64,000 bases of DNA. Source: an uncultured Methanomicrobiales archaeon (GTDB taxonomy: Archaea > Halobacteriota > Methanomicrobia > Methanomicrobiales > Methanospirillaceae). The position numbers were made by a program, and so were the translations under genes. The stretch covers positions 160,001-224,000 of the forward strand of contig OY969100.1 in assembly GCA_963697895.1 (NCBI GenBank). Direction: 5' to 3'. A model generated the notes under the pieces. That model searched no databases. It was not told the DNA's origin and worked only from the letters and a program-made list of their open reading frames with translations. Positions 51,156-60,791 of the stretch are shown piece by piece (position 1 is the first letter of the stretch; each line of letters starts with the position of its first letter).

Positions 51156-52275
51156 TCAGAAAAAAGAGAACGAGCCGTACCGCCCTCCGCCGCCGGGGGA
51201 GAGCGCCACCCGCCCGTCCCGGAGGGATGCGATCGCCCCGCCCGCCTCCGGGTCGCAGGCGATAATCTCGTCCAGGGGGGCTTCGGTGAGGACCGCGATC
51301 TCGTTCCCGAACCGGGCAATCAGACGGTCGTACCGGACCCGGACGCGCTTCGCCCCGGGGGAGGAAACCCCGGAGACGCGTGCGACGATCTCTGCGAGGG
51401 GGATCACGCGGATATACGGCGGACGGGAACCCGGGTCCCCGGCAGAGAGCTCCCGGGCCCTATCGGCGACCCCTTTTTTGATGAGCCCGCGATCCGCCGG
51501 GCAGCGCCACCCGAGGCTTGCCGCTTCCTCGTGCGAGTACTGCCGGAAACACCGCACGCAGGCCGTGCGGTTGTATTTCCCCTCTTCGGGGAAGAGACCG
51601 GCATTCATCAGGATTCGGCCGGCGCGGATGCTCTCCAGCACGCCCGCCGGCGTCCTCCGGTCGACCGCGATCCGCGTCCATTCCCGCCCCAGCCGGAAGG
51701 GTTCCGGGCTGTGTGCGTCCGAGTTCGAAAGGAAAGGGACCCCGGAGAGCCCGGGGATGCCGGCACCATAGACTGCTGTCGGCAGAGAGGCCGAGCTCGA
51801 GGAAGTCGATCGGTTCATCCCCGTAAGAGCCGGCGACGTGGTCGAACGCCGCATAGAGGGAGGTCCAGGGGGTGAACGCATGGGCCGGCCCGATAAGTCC
51901 CCCGCATGCATGCGCAGCGGCCGCAATCTCCCTGCCGGAAAGCCGCACCCGCGGCCGCCCTCCGGTCCCGATGTCGCGGCTTGCCGGTGCAAGGATCCGG
52001 GCGAGGTCCGCGAATCCGGGAAAGTCGCTCATCAGGATCAGGTGATGGACCCGGTCGCGGTCCTCCACTTCTGCCGAAGGAACGATGAGGATGCCGGCAT
52101 CGTTATCGAGGAACGGTTCCCAAACCTCCCGCCAGGCGGCAAGGAGTGCATCGCCGCTCCCGAGAACAGAGAGCCCCTTACTCGTGCAGGCAGCGATCAG
52201 GTTCTCCGGCCGCATCGACCGGGATGAACCGATGGAAAACGGGGAGTGGATATGGAGATCGGCATCTGCATACAT
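51156..52275 (-). CDS. PHP-family Zn-ribbon protein, TIGR00375/EndoQ-like (apparent +1 frameshift near 51771)
   Basis: DLHIHS, VHHL, PAHAFTPW, ELGLSAD, then NSDAHS, GKY...CVRC...CP, PGGGGRYG. Confidence 0.88.
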
Positions 52276-52276
52276 T

Positions 52277-53032
52277 TCAGACGAAGTACCGGAGTTCCTC
52301 GTCCCGGGAGACCCGTTCCCCCTCGATCAGGTGCTGGATCACCTGCTCCATCTCGGTCCCCCGCTGCTGGAGCCGGGTCGGATCCACCGTGATGCCGAGG
52401 AGGGTGGAGAGAACCCGGAGCAGGCTTGCGGCACTGAGGGGATCGACGAGGTACCCCGAGGTCTCCCCCATCAGGCAGATCCCGTCCATGCCCCGTTCCA
52501 CCCCGAGGCCGAGCAGGAGGCCGGCTGCACCGACGATGCCGCCGCCGGGTTCTCCCCGGTCAAAGACGGCGCCCGCCGCCTCGACCTCCGGACGGAGCTC
52601 CGGCCGGTTGACCGCCCCGAGCACCCGTGGCTCGTCGACCAGGTGGCCGACCCCGTACCCGCCGAGCGTATAGATCCGTTTCACGCCGCATGACGAAGCG
52701 ATCGAGAGGTAGCGGTCGGCAAGATGGTAGTGCCCTTCATGCGTTCCGCTCTGGTGATCGCCGACGAGAAAGAGGATACTCAGGTCCTCCCCCGCATAAT
52801 GGTACAGCTCGTTGTTCGCGAGCCTGACGGTCCCGCTCTCATCGATGATCACCTGCGGGGGAAAATAGACTGCATGAATCTCGGCGACCTTCCGTGCGCC
52901 GAGCTCCTCGATCAGGTGCTCCGCAACGAGCTTCCCGACGTACCCGATCCCGGGCAGCCCCTCGATCAGGATCGATGCCCGGATCTCCTCTTCCGCGATT
53001 CCCGGTGAGAACTGGACCGTGATCTCTTTCAT
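52277..53032 (-). CDS. Proteasome assembly chaperone PAC2 family protein
   Basis: EGLPGIGYVGKL, FPPQV, GDHQ, TLGGY, GGIVGAAG, MGETSGYLVDP; start at the last MKEITV copy (53032). Confidence 0.92.
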   Translation of the reverse strand: MKEITVQFSPGIAEEEIRASILIEGLPGIGYVGKLVAEHLIEELGARKVAEIHAVYFPPQVIIDESGTVRLANNELYHYAGEDLSILFLVGDHQSGTHEGHYHLADRYLSIASSCGVKRIYTLGGYGVGHLVDEPRVLGAVNRPELRPEVEAAGAVFDRGEPGGGIVGAAGLLLGLGVERGMDGICLMGETSGYLVDPLSAASLLRVLSTLLGITVDPTRLQQRGTEMEQVIQHLIEGERVSRDEELRYFV

Positions 53033-53286
53033 CGGCACCCGTCCCTCCGGTATTTTCCGCAGGGATCCTGCGGGGAGAACTGGACCGTGATCTCTTTCAT
53101 CGGCACTCGCCTGACCGGTATTTTCCATAGGGATCCTGCAGGGAAAAATGGACCGTGATCTCTTTCATCGGCACTCGCCTGACCGGTATTTTCCGTAGGG
53201 ATCCTGCGGGAAAAAAATGGACCGTGATCTCTTTCATCGGCATTCGTTCCTCCGGTATTTTCCATAGGGATCCTGCGGGGAGAACC
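53007..53286. repeat. Tandem array, 4 copies of a 68-69 bp nop10-end/PAC2-start junction
   Basis: GGACCGTGATCTCTTTCATCGGCA recurs; minus-strand ATG at 53237, 53168, 53100, 53032. Confidence 0.95.
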
Positions 53287-53386
53287 GCGCCGGATGGGGA
53301 GTGCCGGTCGGCTCCCCGCAGGCAGGGCAGACGGGCTGTAAGGTATAGGTACCGTCTGCGGGGCAGCGCCGGATCCTGCCCTTCAT
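53234..53386 (-). CDS. nop10: H/ACA RNP protein Nop10
   Basis: Below ORF-track cut-off; MKGRIRRCPADGTYTLQPVCPACGEPTGTPHPARFSPQDPYGKYRRNECR*. Confidence 0.95.
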   Translation of the reverse strand: MKGRIRRCPADGTYTLQPVCPACGEPTGTPHPARFSPQDPYGKYRRNECR

Positions 53387-54171
53387 ACCGCCTTTCCGGA
53401 CTTGGGTTTCTTGATGAACCTGCCTTCGCCGCCGGCCCGTTCAACGACGGCGATCGCAGATCCCGCAGCCTTTTCTATCGCTTTTTCCGCCTTCTTGTAG
53501 TCCGGTGCCGTCACCTTGATCCGGTAGGCCGGAGCCCCGAGATAGGTGAGTTCGATATCCACGTCCGGGATCTTCGGTTCCGCACTCCGGAGCGCCCGGC
53601 GGATGATATTGACCCCCTCAGGCTTGGTGGAGAGGAGGATGATATTGCCCGATACCGTCACGCGGGGGACCTTCACGTTCTCCCGGGCGACGGTTGCGAG
53701 CGCCTCCCGGACTTTCCGGTCGAGGCCCGTCTTCTCGAGCACCTCGTCCCCGTTCACGACGATATCTTCAAAAACAGAATAGAGGTCCCCGTATTGCTTA
53801 TAGAGCGCCGATTCGATCGCCCCGGCCTCTACGCCGGATGCCTCGGCCGCAAACCCGATCCATTTCTTCGATTTGGCCTCGTTCTTCCACTCCCGGATCT
53901 TTTCACGCCGCTGGTGTTCGTTGACATCCTTGAGCGAGAGGTCGATGTGGCCGCGGGAGGTGTCCACGTGGAGCACCTTGCAGACGACCTTCTGCCCTTC
54001 CCGGATATGGTCCCGGATGTACTTGATCCAGCCGGTCGCGATCTCGGAGATCGGGATGAGTCCCTCGCGGTCTTCGTACTCGTCAAGACTCACGAACGCG
54101 ACAAAGTCCCGTACATTCCTGACCGTGCAGACGACCAGTTCCCCTTCCGTCGGCCATTCCCTCTCGTTCAT
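53383..54171 (-). CDS. eif2a: Translation initiation factor 2 subunit alpha
   Basis: WPTEGELVV, LDEY, WIKYIRDH, IDLSLK, GAPAYRI. Confidence 0.97.
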   Translation of the reverse strand: MNEREWPTEGELVVCTVRNVRDFVAFVSLDEYEDREGLIPISEIATGWIKYIRDHIREGQKVVCKVLHVDTSRGHIDLSLKDVNEHQRREKIREWKNEAKSKKWIGFAAEASGVEAGAIESALYKQYGDLYSVFEDIVVNGDEVLEKTGLDRKVREALATVARENVKVPRVTVSGNIILLSTKPEGVNIIRRALRSAEPKIPDVDIELTYLGAPAYRIKVTAPDYKKAEKAIEKAAGSAIAVVERAGGEGRFIKKPKSGKAV

Positions 54172-54178
54172 CCGGCGA

Positions 54179-54367
54179 TCACTCGAACGTGGCCAGGATC
54201 TCGGCCTTTATAACGGCTTTTCCCCCGGTGGGTTCCGAAAGGACCTTTCCGCAGACGACGCAGACCACCGGGGTGCTGGCCTTCTCAAAGACGATCTGTT
54301 CGTTCTCGCAGTCCGGGCATTTCACCCGGAAAAACCTGCTCCGGTTCTCTCTCTGTAGTTGTACCAT
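54179..54367 (-). CDS. rps27e: 30S ribosomal protein S27e
   Basis: [18 protein letters not shown]...CVVCG...PTGGKA. Confidence 0.97.
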   Translation of the reverse strand: MVQLQRENRSRFFRVKCPDCENEQIVFEKASTPVVCVVCGKVLSEPTGGKAVIKAEILATFE

Positions 54368-54373
54368 TCCCCT

Positions 54374-54652
54374 TCACTCCGTCAGTTCGAATTTTGCAAT
54401 CCGGAATCCGCTTCTCAGGTGTGCCTTTTTGCAGACGCTGCAGCGGTACCGCACATTGATCTTCTTCGTCGGTTTGTCTCCGCCGGGTACTTTGGAGAAC
54501 TTCCCCATATTGCCCACGCTTCCCCTGCGTGCCTTCTGCCGGTCGATCCAGTGAAGTCCGTTGGTCTTGGCCTTCTTCACCTTCTCCACCTCATGCAGCT
54601 GGTGATTCCTGCAGAACGGGCAGTATGTCCTGAATTTTGCTGGCATTTTCAT
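54374..54652 (-). CDS. rpl44e: 50S ribosomal protein L44e
   Basis: TYCPFC..H..H, KPTKK, CSVC. Confidence 0.97.
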   Translation of the reverse strand: MKMPAKFRTYCPFCRNHQLHEVEKVKKAKTNGLHWIDRQKARRGSVGNMGKFSKVPGGDKPTKKINVRYRCSVCKKAHLRSGFRIAKFELTE

Positions 54653-54705
54653 GAAATTGGCCTCTGTATTTCTATAACAAATATCAGTATTATTTGAAGA
54701 GATTC

Positions 54706-54713
54706 ATATATAA
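54706..54713 (-). promoter_or_regulatory. Putative TATA box of the rpl44e-rps27e-eif2a operon
   Basis: TTATATAT on the minus strand ~55 bp upstream of rpl44e. Confidence 0.55.
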
Positions 54714-54908
54714 GAGTGTGGGATTACTCAACGTTCCGGAAAAATCCGGCCCGTACTGCGGGATCATGCGGGACAGGAGGTTGCCGGATAGTTTTTCGGG
54801 ATGTACGCCCCCGGTCCGGAGCCTCATTTTCCGGGAAAGCACCGATCTCTCCCGGATTGAAGGGAACCGGTCCCGGTCTCTTCGCATCTGCGGGGATCAG
54901 GCCGCATA

Positions 54909-55532
54909 TCAGGTATGGGGGAGATCGCCCGGGCTTTCCACGGAGAGGACGATCTTCCGGTCGCAGAGGACCGCGGCATTCCGTTCGGGGAGCGTCACGA
55001 TATCCTCTTTCTCGAGCGCATATATCCTTCCGTCCACTCCCATGAACGGTTCCATCGTCTCGAGCGCCCGGACCAGCACGTAGGGCGGCGAGAGCGGTCC
55101 GGCCTCCCCGGGGGGTGCCTCCCCCTCGGCGGCTTCCATCTGGCCCGGGATCGGTCCGGTCCCGGAACCGGTGAGGAAGCACCGGCATTCTGCGATCCCC
55201 AGGGTGATCTGGTCGAACATCGTCCGCTCGGCCGGGAGCATCCGCTTCAGCTCGTCGCGGTCGATGTACAGGCCGTCCTCCTGGCTGGTGGCGAGGGCGA
55301 GGATCTTCGCGGTGCGGGCACGGAACAATTCGGCCACAATCTCCCGGAGGCTCCCCACCTCCTCGATGAGGAGACGGGTCTCTTCGGAGAAGGGGTCCTG
55401 CTGGGCATAGACCTCCGTGGTGAGACGCTCGATCTCCATCCGGGCCTTTTCGAAGAGGTCGGCGGGCAGGGAGAGGAGCCTTCCGCTCTCCCGCTCGGTG
55501 AGGAGGAGGGTGTGGAGCTCTTCCAGCTGCAT
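54909..55532 (-). CDS. GINS complex protein (Gins51-like)
   Basis: ER...L..LP.D.F, R..KI, C-terminal B-domain FMGVDGRIY.L..EDIVTLP..NA; conserved position after priS. Confidence 0.85.
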   Translation of the reverse strand: MQLEELHTLLLTERESGRLLSLPADLFEKARMEIERLTTEVYAQQDPFSEETRLLIEEVGSLREIVAELFRARTAKILALATSQEDGLYIDRDELKRMLPAERTMFDQITLGIAECRCFLTGSGTGPIPGQMEAAEGEAPPGEAGPLSPPYVLVRALETMEPFMGVDGRIYALEKEDIVTLPERNAAVLCDRKIVLSVESPGDLPHT

Positions 55533-55534
55533 CT

Positions 55535-56683
55535 TCAGGCACCTCCCGCGATCTCGGCGATCCCCCGGCAGCAGAGGAAGACCGCGAGTGCCTCGGGGAC
55601 GGTTGCCTCCCCCTTCGGGAGCGTATGCTGCTCCCCGAGGAGCGTCATCGAGACCGGCAGCGAACAGGCGACCGTCACCGGGCGGGTTCCGAAGATCACT
55701 GCGTCGACGAGGGGATCGAAATCGGGAAGGTCCCGGAGCGGCACCCGGGTTACCCGGAGACCGCTCCCGCCGTGCAGGGAGGTGGGCATCCGGATCAGCC
55801 GCCGGGTATCGGTGGTGACCGGTTCGTCGGCGAGCGCCGCCTTCTCCCGGAGCCTCTGCCGGAACTCCCCGTCCTTCTCCTCCTGCAGCGCGGCAAGGAT
55901 CGCCCACGTCGTCCGGTCTTCCCGCTTTCCGAAGGAACCGCGCCCGAGTTTCTCCGCGAGCTCCGCTCTTCCCCGGTAAAACCGTTCCGCAGATGTTTTC
56001 CCCACGCCCTCAAGCGACATGAGCCGTTCCACCGCCTCTTCTTCTGTCCGGCCGTCGAGCCACGAAAGGTACTCGAGCAGTGCTGCTATATAGCGCTGCT
56101 GCCACCCGCGGGGTGAAGGTGAGGGGGCCGGGAGCAGGAGCTGCGGGTCGATCCCGATCCCGCAGACATAGTCGATCAGCTCCCTCCGTTCCGCGCTCGA
56201 CAATCCCCGCACCGCGAGATCCCGGATATGGACATGATACCCCCGTCCGCCGGAGAAGACCACGTCCAGGTGCTGCCGGTCGAACCCGAGCTCCCCGGTG
56301 AGCATCTCCACGAGCTTCTCCGTCTCGACCTTTACCCGGGCGAGCATCTGCTCGTAGGGGCCCCGCACGATATGGTCCGCATCGAGGTCGAAGACGAGGT
56401 CCGCACCTGCCCATCCCTTCCCGTCCATCGTCCCGGCACCCGGCGTCGCGTAATACGCGACCGAGTAGTACGCATGTGCGGGGGCCATGGCCCGCAGGTA
56501 CTCCAGGAGTTCTGTCCGGCCGGGAAATCCCAGGTGCCGGCGCATCCGGATCTCCGGGTAATCGGGGTCGAAGAAGACGAATCCCCACTCCCGCTGGTCT
56601 GCTGACGGGGGAGGGACCAGTTGCTCCCCGGAGTAATATTCACCGAACCGCTGCCGCAAAAATTCAAGGGTGGCCGCCTTCAT
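55535..56683 (-). CDS. priS: DNA primase catalytic (small) subunit
   Basis: REWGF, DLVFDLDAD, FSGGRGYHVH, DEPVT.D..RLIR.P.SLH. Confidence 0.96.
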   Translation of the reverse strand: MKAATLEFLRQRFGEYYSGEQLVPPPSADQREWGFVFFDPDYPEIRMRRHLGFPGRTELLEYLRAMAPAHAYYSVAYYATPGAGTMDGKGWAGADLVFDLDADHIVRGPYEQMLARVKVETEKLVEMLTGELGFDRQHLDVVFSGGRGYHVHIRDLAVRGLSSAERRELIDYVCGIGIDPQLLLPAPSPSPRGWQQRYIAALLEYLSWLDGRTEEEAVERLMSLEGVGKTSAERFYRGRAELAEKLGRGSFGKREDRTTWAILAALQEEKDGEFRQRLREKAALADEPVTTDTRRLIRMPTSLHGGSGLRVTRVPLRDLPDFDPLVDAVIFGTRPVTVACSLPVSMTLLGEQHTLPKGEATVPEALAVFLCCRGIAEIAGGA

Positions 56684-57000
56684 CCCCGCTCCTGATCAGG
56701 TATGGACCCTTCCCGTGATATCCGTGTCTCCGGTACCAGGGCCGCACCCCGATCCCGGATCAGGTGCGGACTCTTCCCGTGATATCCGTGTCTCCGGCGT
56801 CAGGGCCGCACTCCGCTCCCGGATCGGACTAGCCCCTCGGGGTGGTACCCGCGTCTCTGGTATCCGGCCGCCTCATCGCCGCTCCCGGATCGGACTGGCC
56901 CCTCGGGGTGGTACCCGCCGCCTCATCCCTGCTCCCGGATCAGGTACGGGCCCTCGCGGTGATATCCGTGTCTCCGGTACCAGGGCCGCACCCCGATCCC
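56673..57000. repeat. Degenerate tandem array (~5 copies, 50-66 bp) of the elp3 3' end / priS start junction
   Basis: GTGATATCCGTGTCTCCGG at ~56715, 56779, 56959; GCCGCCT(T)CATC at ~56673, 56867, 56917. Confidence 0.88.
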
Positions 57001-58491
57001 GCTCATCACCGCGATGCGCCGGTACCCGGCCGCCCACGCCGCCTCTTCCGCGGCGGCGAGGAGCCGGTCGCCGAACCTCCGGTGCTGCCGCTGTTCCGGG
57101 TCGGGCGACCGTCCGATCGGGACCATGCTCCCGTAGACGTGGAGCTCCCGGATGAGCGCGGCATCCTTCGTCTCCTCCCGCCACCGGTCACCGCCGGTCC
57201 GGAGCCGGGCAAACCCGATCAGGGAGTCGCCGGAGACCGCGGAGATGAAATGCTCCTCCCCCCCGCAGCAGGAGTACCGTTCTTCCGTCATTTCAGCCGC
57301 TGCCTCGGACGGGAGGCGCCCGATCTCCCGGCACCGGATGCACCGGCACCGCCCGCCCTGATCCTCCAGCCGGTCCCGGGCGAGCTGGCGGAAGTTGCTG
57401 TGCCGCGAACCGGCGACGATCAGCTTTGCCGGGATGTCCCGCTGGATCCGCTGGAGCCGGACATACGGGGGGAGCAGGGACTTTCCGTATGCACAGAGGT
57501 CGATCAGGAGATCCTCATCGTAGGGGGCATACGCCCCCTCCTGCCAGAGCGCCTCGATCTCCGATCCCGGCGTGACCAGGGTCGGGTAGATCTTCAGGAA
57601 GTCGGGGCGGAACCGGTCGTCCGAGAAGAGCCCCTCGAAGAGGTGGCGGTCGTCCGCGATCGTGCTCCCGGGGAGGTTCGGCATCACATGGAACCCGACC
57701 TTGAGCCCGGCGTCCCGGAGGAGCCGGTTTGCGTTCACGGTGTCCGCAACGGTGCAGCCCCGCCGGTTGAAGGCGAGGATCCGGTCGTCGATCTGCTGCA
57801 CCCCGAGCTCGACCTTGGTGACCCCGAGGCTGAGCATACGGTCGATCTCCGGCTGCCGGCACCAGTCGGGGCGGGTCTCGAACGTCATCGCGACGCAGCG
57901 GACCGGTGCGGTCTCGTTTCTCGCAAAGACCTCCTCTCTGGTTGGGGAACCGCCGGTCGGGACCTTCCCGTATTCGTTCATCGCCCGGATGCACGCGGTC
58001 ACGAACCCCTCCTGGTATTCCCAGGGACGGGCGGTCATCGTCCCGCCCATCACGATCAGCTCCGCCTTATCCACCGCATGCCCGAGGGCCTCGAACTGTC
58101 CGAGCCGGGCCTGTACCTGTGTATACGGGTCGTAGTCGTGCTCCCGTGCCCGGAGGGCGGCGGGTTCCTCCCCGGTATAGCTCTGCGGCGACTGGAACGG
58201 GTGATCGGGCCCCCCGGGGCAGGGGAGGCATTTCCCGTGGGGGCAGGGGGCCGGGGAGGTCATCACGGCGATCGGGGCGACCCCCGAGAGCGTCCGCCCG
58301 GGCTTGACCAGGAGGAGTCGCCGGAGTTTTTTCCTGTCCTCCGGCGACGCGGCGGCAAGGAGGAGCGAGTTCCGGGGAACCACCGGGAGGGAGTACTTCC
58401 GTGAAACAACCAGTTTTATCCGGTGAATATCCGGGTTCGGCTCAGAAAAGCACAGGGATATGATCTCCCTGCAGACGTCGCGTTCATCCAT
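56923..58491 (-). CDS. elp3: tRNA uridine(34) acetyltransferase Elp3 (radical SAM + KAT)
   Basis: RTLSGVA, CPHGKCLPCPGG, SYTGEEP, ETRPD, RIQRDIP, CIRCRE, RELHVYG, SGIGVR; start ATG 58491. Confidence 0.95.
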   Translation of the reverse strand: MDERDVCREIISLCFSEPNPDIHRIKLVVSRKYSLPVVPRNSLLLAAASPEDRKKLRRLLLVKPGRTLSGVAPIAVMTSPAPCPHGKCLPCPGGPDHPFQSPQSYTGEEPAALRAREHDYDPYTQVQARLGQFEALGHAVDKAELIVMGGTMTARPWEYQEGFVTACIRAMNEYGKVPTGGSPTREEVFARNETAPVRCVAMTFETRPDWCRQPEIDRMLSLGVTKVELGVQQIDDRILAFNRRGCTVADTVNANRLLRDAGLKVGFHVMPNLPGSTIADDRHLFEGLFSDDRFRPDFLKIYPTLVTPGSEIEALWQEGAYAPYDEDLLIDLCAYGKSLLPPYVRLQRIQRDIPAKLIVAGSRHSNFRQLARDRLEDQGGRCRCIRCREIGRLPSEAAAEMTEERYSCCGGEEHFISAVSGDSLIGFARLRTGGDRWREETKDAALIRELHVYGSMVPIGRSPDPEQRQHRRFGDRLLAAAEEAAWAAGYRRIAVMSGIGVRPWYRRHGYHREGPYLIREQG

Positions 58492-58501
58492 GAAGGAGAT
58501 G

Positions 58502-58768
58502 TTAGTGTTCCACCGCCACCCGTCCGGAACCGACCTCGGGGGAGTACTCAACCATGAGCGGGCGCTGTGCCCTGATATGGCTGACAATTTCGTCGCCGAG
58601 CGTCAGAATCGCGTCTTTGTGGCATTTTTTGTTTTTGTGAATATGAACAGGAGAGATTTCAAGTGCTGAATACCGTTTTGTCTCGATTTCATCACCGGTG
58701 ATGGATTCATGGTATTTTTTGATGTGAATCATCAACATGTGTAAATGAAGCAATTCTTCCTTTTGCAC
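58502..58768 (-). CDS. UPF0058 family small metal-binding protein
   Basis: (M)QKEELLHLH...ISPVHIHK.K..HK.AI..LG; GTG start 58768. Confidence 0.88.
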   Translation of the reverse strand: MQKEELLHLHMLMIHIKKYHESITGDEIETKRYSALEISPVHIHKNKKCHKDAILTLGDEIVSHIRAQRPLMVEYSPEVGSGRVAVEH

Positions 58769-58818
58769 GCTATCACCTAACCTCAAAAATTACTTTTTCC
58801 CTGACCAGATATAGCTTA

Positions 58819-59706
58819 TTGGTGATCTTTATATCCGATATCGGGAGGGTAACAGGCGCCCTGGCGGGGCTTGCGATCGGCGATGCGATGGGTGCGCCCT
58901 TCGAGGGGTACCCGGCTCCGGCCCGGAGAATCACGGATCTTTCCGGGGGAGGCCCGCGGCTGCGTGCACCCGGCCGGTTCACCGACGACACCCTCCAGGC
59001 GCTGGCGGTTGCGGAGTCTCTCTCCCGCTGCCGCGGGTTTCATGCCGGAGACATGGCAGAACGGCTCCTCGCCGGGTACCTGCGGTGCCCGGAGTTCTAC
59101 GGCCCGACCTCCGGCCTCGCCCTCGACCTGATCTCGCGGGGCGTCCCCCCGGAAGAGGCGGCACGGATCGCCCACCGGATGAACAACGGCAGCAGGAGCA
59201 ACGGCAGCGTGATGCGGGGATTCCCCATCGGGATATACTACGCGGGACCGGAGGTGGCCGTCGTGAGCTCCTGTGCCTCCCGCCTGACCCACTACGACCC
59301 GCTCCCCGGCGCCTGCTCCGCCTGGCTGAACGGGATGGTCTCGGCACTCTGCCGGGGGGCGTCCCGCGAGGAGGCATTTGCCCGTGCTCTCCGGGGGTGC
59401 CGGGACGCGGAGGTCGCCGGGTACCTCGGCGGGTACCACCGGTACGACCCAGAGGCGGGACTGGACGCCCTCCTCTGCAGCCACGCGGCGCTCTCGGTTT
59501 TCATGGAGAACAGAAATTTCGCCGACGCAGTGATCGCCGCCGTGAACATGGGCGGTGACACGGACACTGTCGGGGCATGCACGGGAGCACTTGCCGGTGC
59601 ATGCTACGGGATCGGGGCGATCCCCCGGGACTGGCTCTCTCATCTCCAGGATGCGGACACGGTGATCGGGACGGCGGTACGGCTCTGGACGGTTTCTCAG
59701 GATTAG
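58819..59706 (+). CDS. ADP-ribosylglycohydrolase family protein
   Basis: GLAIGDAMG, FTDDT, NGSVMR, LTH, GGDTDTVGA. Confidence 0.93.
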   Translation: MVIFISDIGRVTGALAGLAIGDAMGAPFEGYPAPARRITDLSGGGPRLRAPGRFTDDTLQALAVAESLSRCRGFHAGDMAERLLAGYLRCPEFYGPTSGLALDLISRGVPPEEAARIAHRMNNGSRSNGSVMRGFPIGIYYAGPEVAVVSSCASRLTHYDPLPGACSAWLNGMVSALCRGASREEAFARALRGCRDAEVAGYLGGYHRYDPEAGLDALLCSHAALSVFMENRNFADAVIAAVNMGGDTDTVGACTGALAGACYGIGAIPRDWLSHLQDADTVIGTAVRLWTVSQD

Positions 59707-59771
59707 GCCGGGGTCCCTTTCCTGACCCGGTTCAACTGTTCGTTCAGAACGCTTCGCCGGCTTTCTGTTTT

Positions 59772-59927
59772 CCTGTCCGGTCGTTCAGATCCATCCGGTG
59801 CTCTCCGTTCACCGGACTTCGGTTTCCTTCAGAGGGGACAGTGCCTGTCCGGATATCCCGATCCATCCGGTGCTCTCCGCTCATCGAAAACCCGGTCTCC
59901 TTCCGGGAGGGGACAGTGCCTGTCCCC
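59772..59927. repeat. Imperfect duplication (~72-75 bp x2) ending in palindrome GGGGACAG-TGC-CTGTCCCC
   Basis: GATCCATCCGGTGCTCTCCG at 59788 and 59860; GGGGACAGTGCCTGTCC twice. Confidence 0.75.
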
Positions 59928-60336
59928 TCCCCGGCCCACCCCTCCGCAAGGGATAACCTCCCGCACCGTTCGATAAGATCCTATTTTAGAATAACAATAG
60001 CGAAATCGATCGCTGCGTTTTCGTTCCTTCCCTTTCTATCGCATAGAGAGGTGAGTCACCGGATGGGAATTCAATCCCTCTCCTTCAAGAGATACCCTAT
60101 CGAGCCGTTCGATGAGATTGTTTTTTAATTATTCTCCTCTGTATATGCGGTCTAGATGTACCCCTATCCCGCCATAGGGAGGGTCTGTAGGGAGGGGATT
60201 GGAAATCCCCGCCCTTACCGGTTCGAAGTCGATCGGGAAATGAAGATGGAATGAGATCTGATGCTGAAAAAAAGATAAAAAAAAATGCCCGGAAAAGGAT
60301 TTGGAAATCCTCCGGAGATCGAAGATGAAAAAGTGA

Positions 60337-60783
60337 TCAGAAAGACATCAGCTCGACGAGGGTGAGTTGCTTCCCCCGTTCGCAGGCGTCCGGAGAGGTG
60401 CCGAGGACCTCGAGCACCGTGTATTTCTCCCCCTCGACGATCCCCTCCGGGTGGCAGAGCAGGTAGGACTCGCACTCCTCCCGGTTGCAGACGAATTCGT
60501 ACTGGATCCGGGTATTTTTTATCGCCTTTTCGGAACCGATCAGGGCGGCGATCGGGGACTCCACCACTTCCACCGCACAGGTCCCGTTCAGGTGCACGAG
60601 GCAGTCGTGCCGTGCCGGCCGGATGCCGACGATCCGGTACCGTTTCCCCGACTGGAGGTTGTTGCATGCCTTCCGGACCTTGCACGACCCGCAGTCATCG
60701 AGCTCCCCTTCATAGATGAACTCCAGTCCCTGCTTTGCCAGTTCCATCCCGATCAGGGTTACCTTCGGTTTTGTCTGCGCCAT
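60337..60783 (-). CDS. UPF0179 family protein
   Basis: VTLIG..LA..G.EF.Y, C..C....C.NL, H.C.VH, several Cys pairs. Confidence 0.85.
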   Translation of the reverse strand: MAQTKPKVTLIGMELAKQGLEFIYEGELDDCGSCKVRKACNNLQSGKRYRIVGIRPARHDCLVHLNGTCAVEVVESPIAALIGSEKAIKNTRIQYEFVCNREECESYLLCHPEGIVEGEKYTVLEVLGTSPDACERGKQLTLVELMSF

Positions 60784-60791
60784 GGTTCTTC

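Noticed and set aside
49217-51875. ORFs through the 35-bp array, including the 878-aa ORF 49239..51875
   Set aside because: They are translations of a stop-poor repeat continuing antisense to GGR, ferredoxin and the TIGR00375-like gene.
59930-60330. Replication origin or ncRNA in the AT-richer spacer with small hairpins
   Set aside because: No repeated ORB consensus, no adjacent cdc6/orc1 and no convincing RNA fold.
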